A stretch of 64,000 nucleotides of DNA from Thecamonas trahens ATCC 50062 (lineage: Eukaryota; Protista; Apusomonadida): positions 124,001-188,000 of the forward strand of contig NW_013657626.1 in NCBI RefSeq assembly GCF_000142905.1, given 5' to 3'. A model generated the notes under the pieces. That model made no database searches. It was not told the DNA's origin and was given only the letters and a program-made list of their open reading frames with translations. Below, piece after piece: positions 64,000-64,000 of this stretch. Position 1 is the stretch's first letter. Every line of letters starts with the position of its first letter. Made by a program: the position numbers and the translations under genes.

Positions 64000-64000
64000 A

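Overview
GC-rich, gene-dense eukaryotic nuclear DNA with few spliceosomal GT-AG introns and four N-gaps. Gene content and style suggest a unicellular relative of animals and fungi, possibly an apusomonad such as Thecamonas; this is inference only. About 23 protein-coding genes are visible. They include HPS5-like (with RING-H2), FIRRM/C1orf112 head-to-head with FAAP24, a tandem-CH/adenylyl-cyclase fusion, a FYVE-ARM protein, an AP sigma subunit and a putative glycosyltransferase. Also present are two giant FG-GAP receptor-like proteins, UNC79-like, F-box/WD40, a Crinkler-like repeat-nuclease-kinase protein, a possible DASH/Dam1 subunit, an amino-acid transporter, NDUFV2, a ferric reductase, SNAPC3, MDM31-like and ECM29. 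Two decayed copies of one piggyBac-like DNA element (6.7-7.2 kb and 42.5-43.8 kb) each sit between convergent genes, with the CCCTT terminus abutting TTAA or CTAG at a gene 3' end. About nine single-base frameshifts interrupt otherwise intact genes and are most likely assembly errors. All family assignments come from motif recognition by eye; no searches were run.
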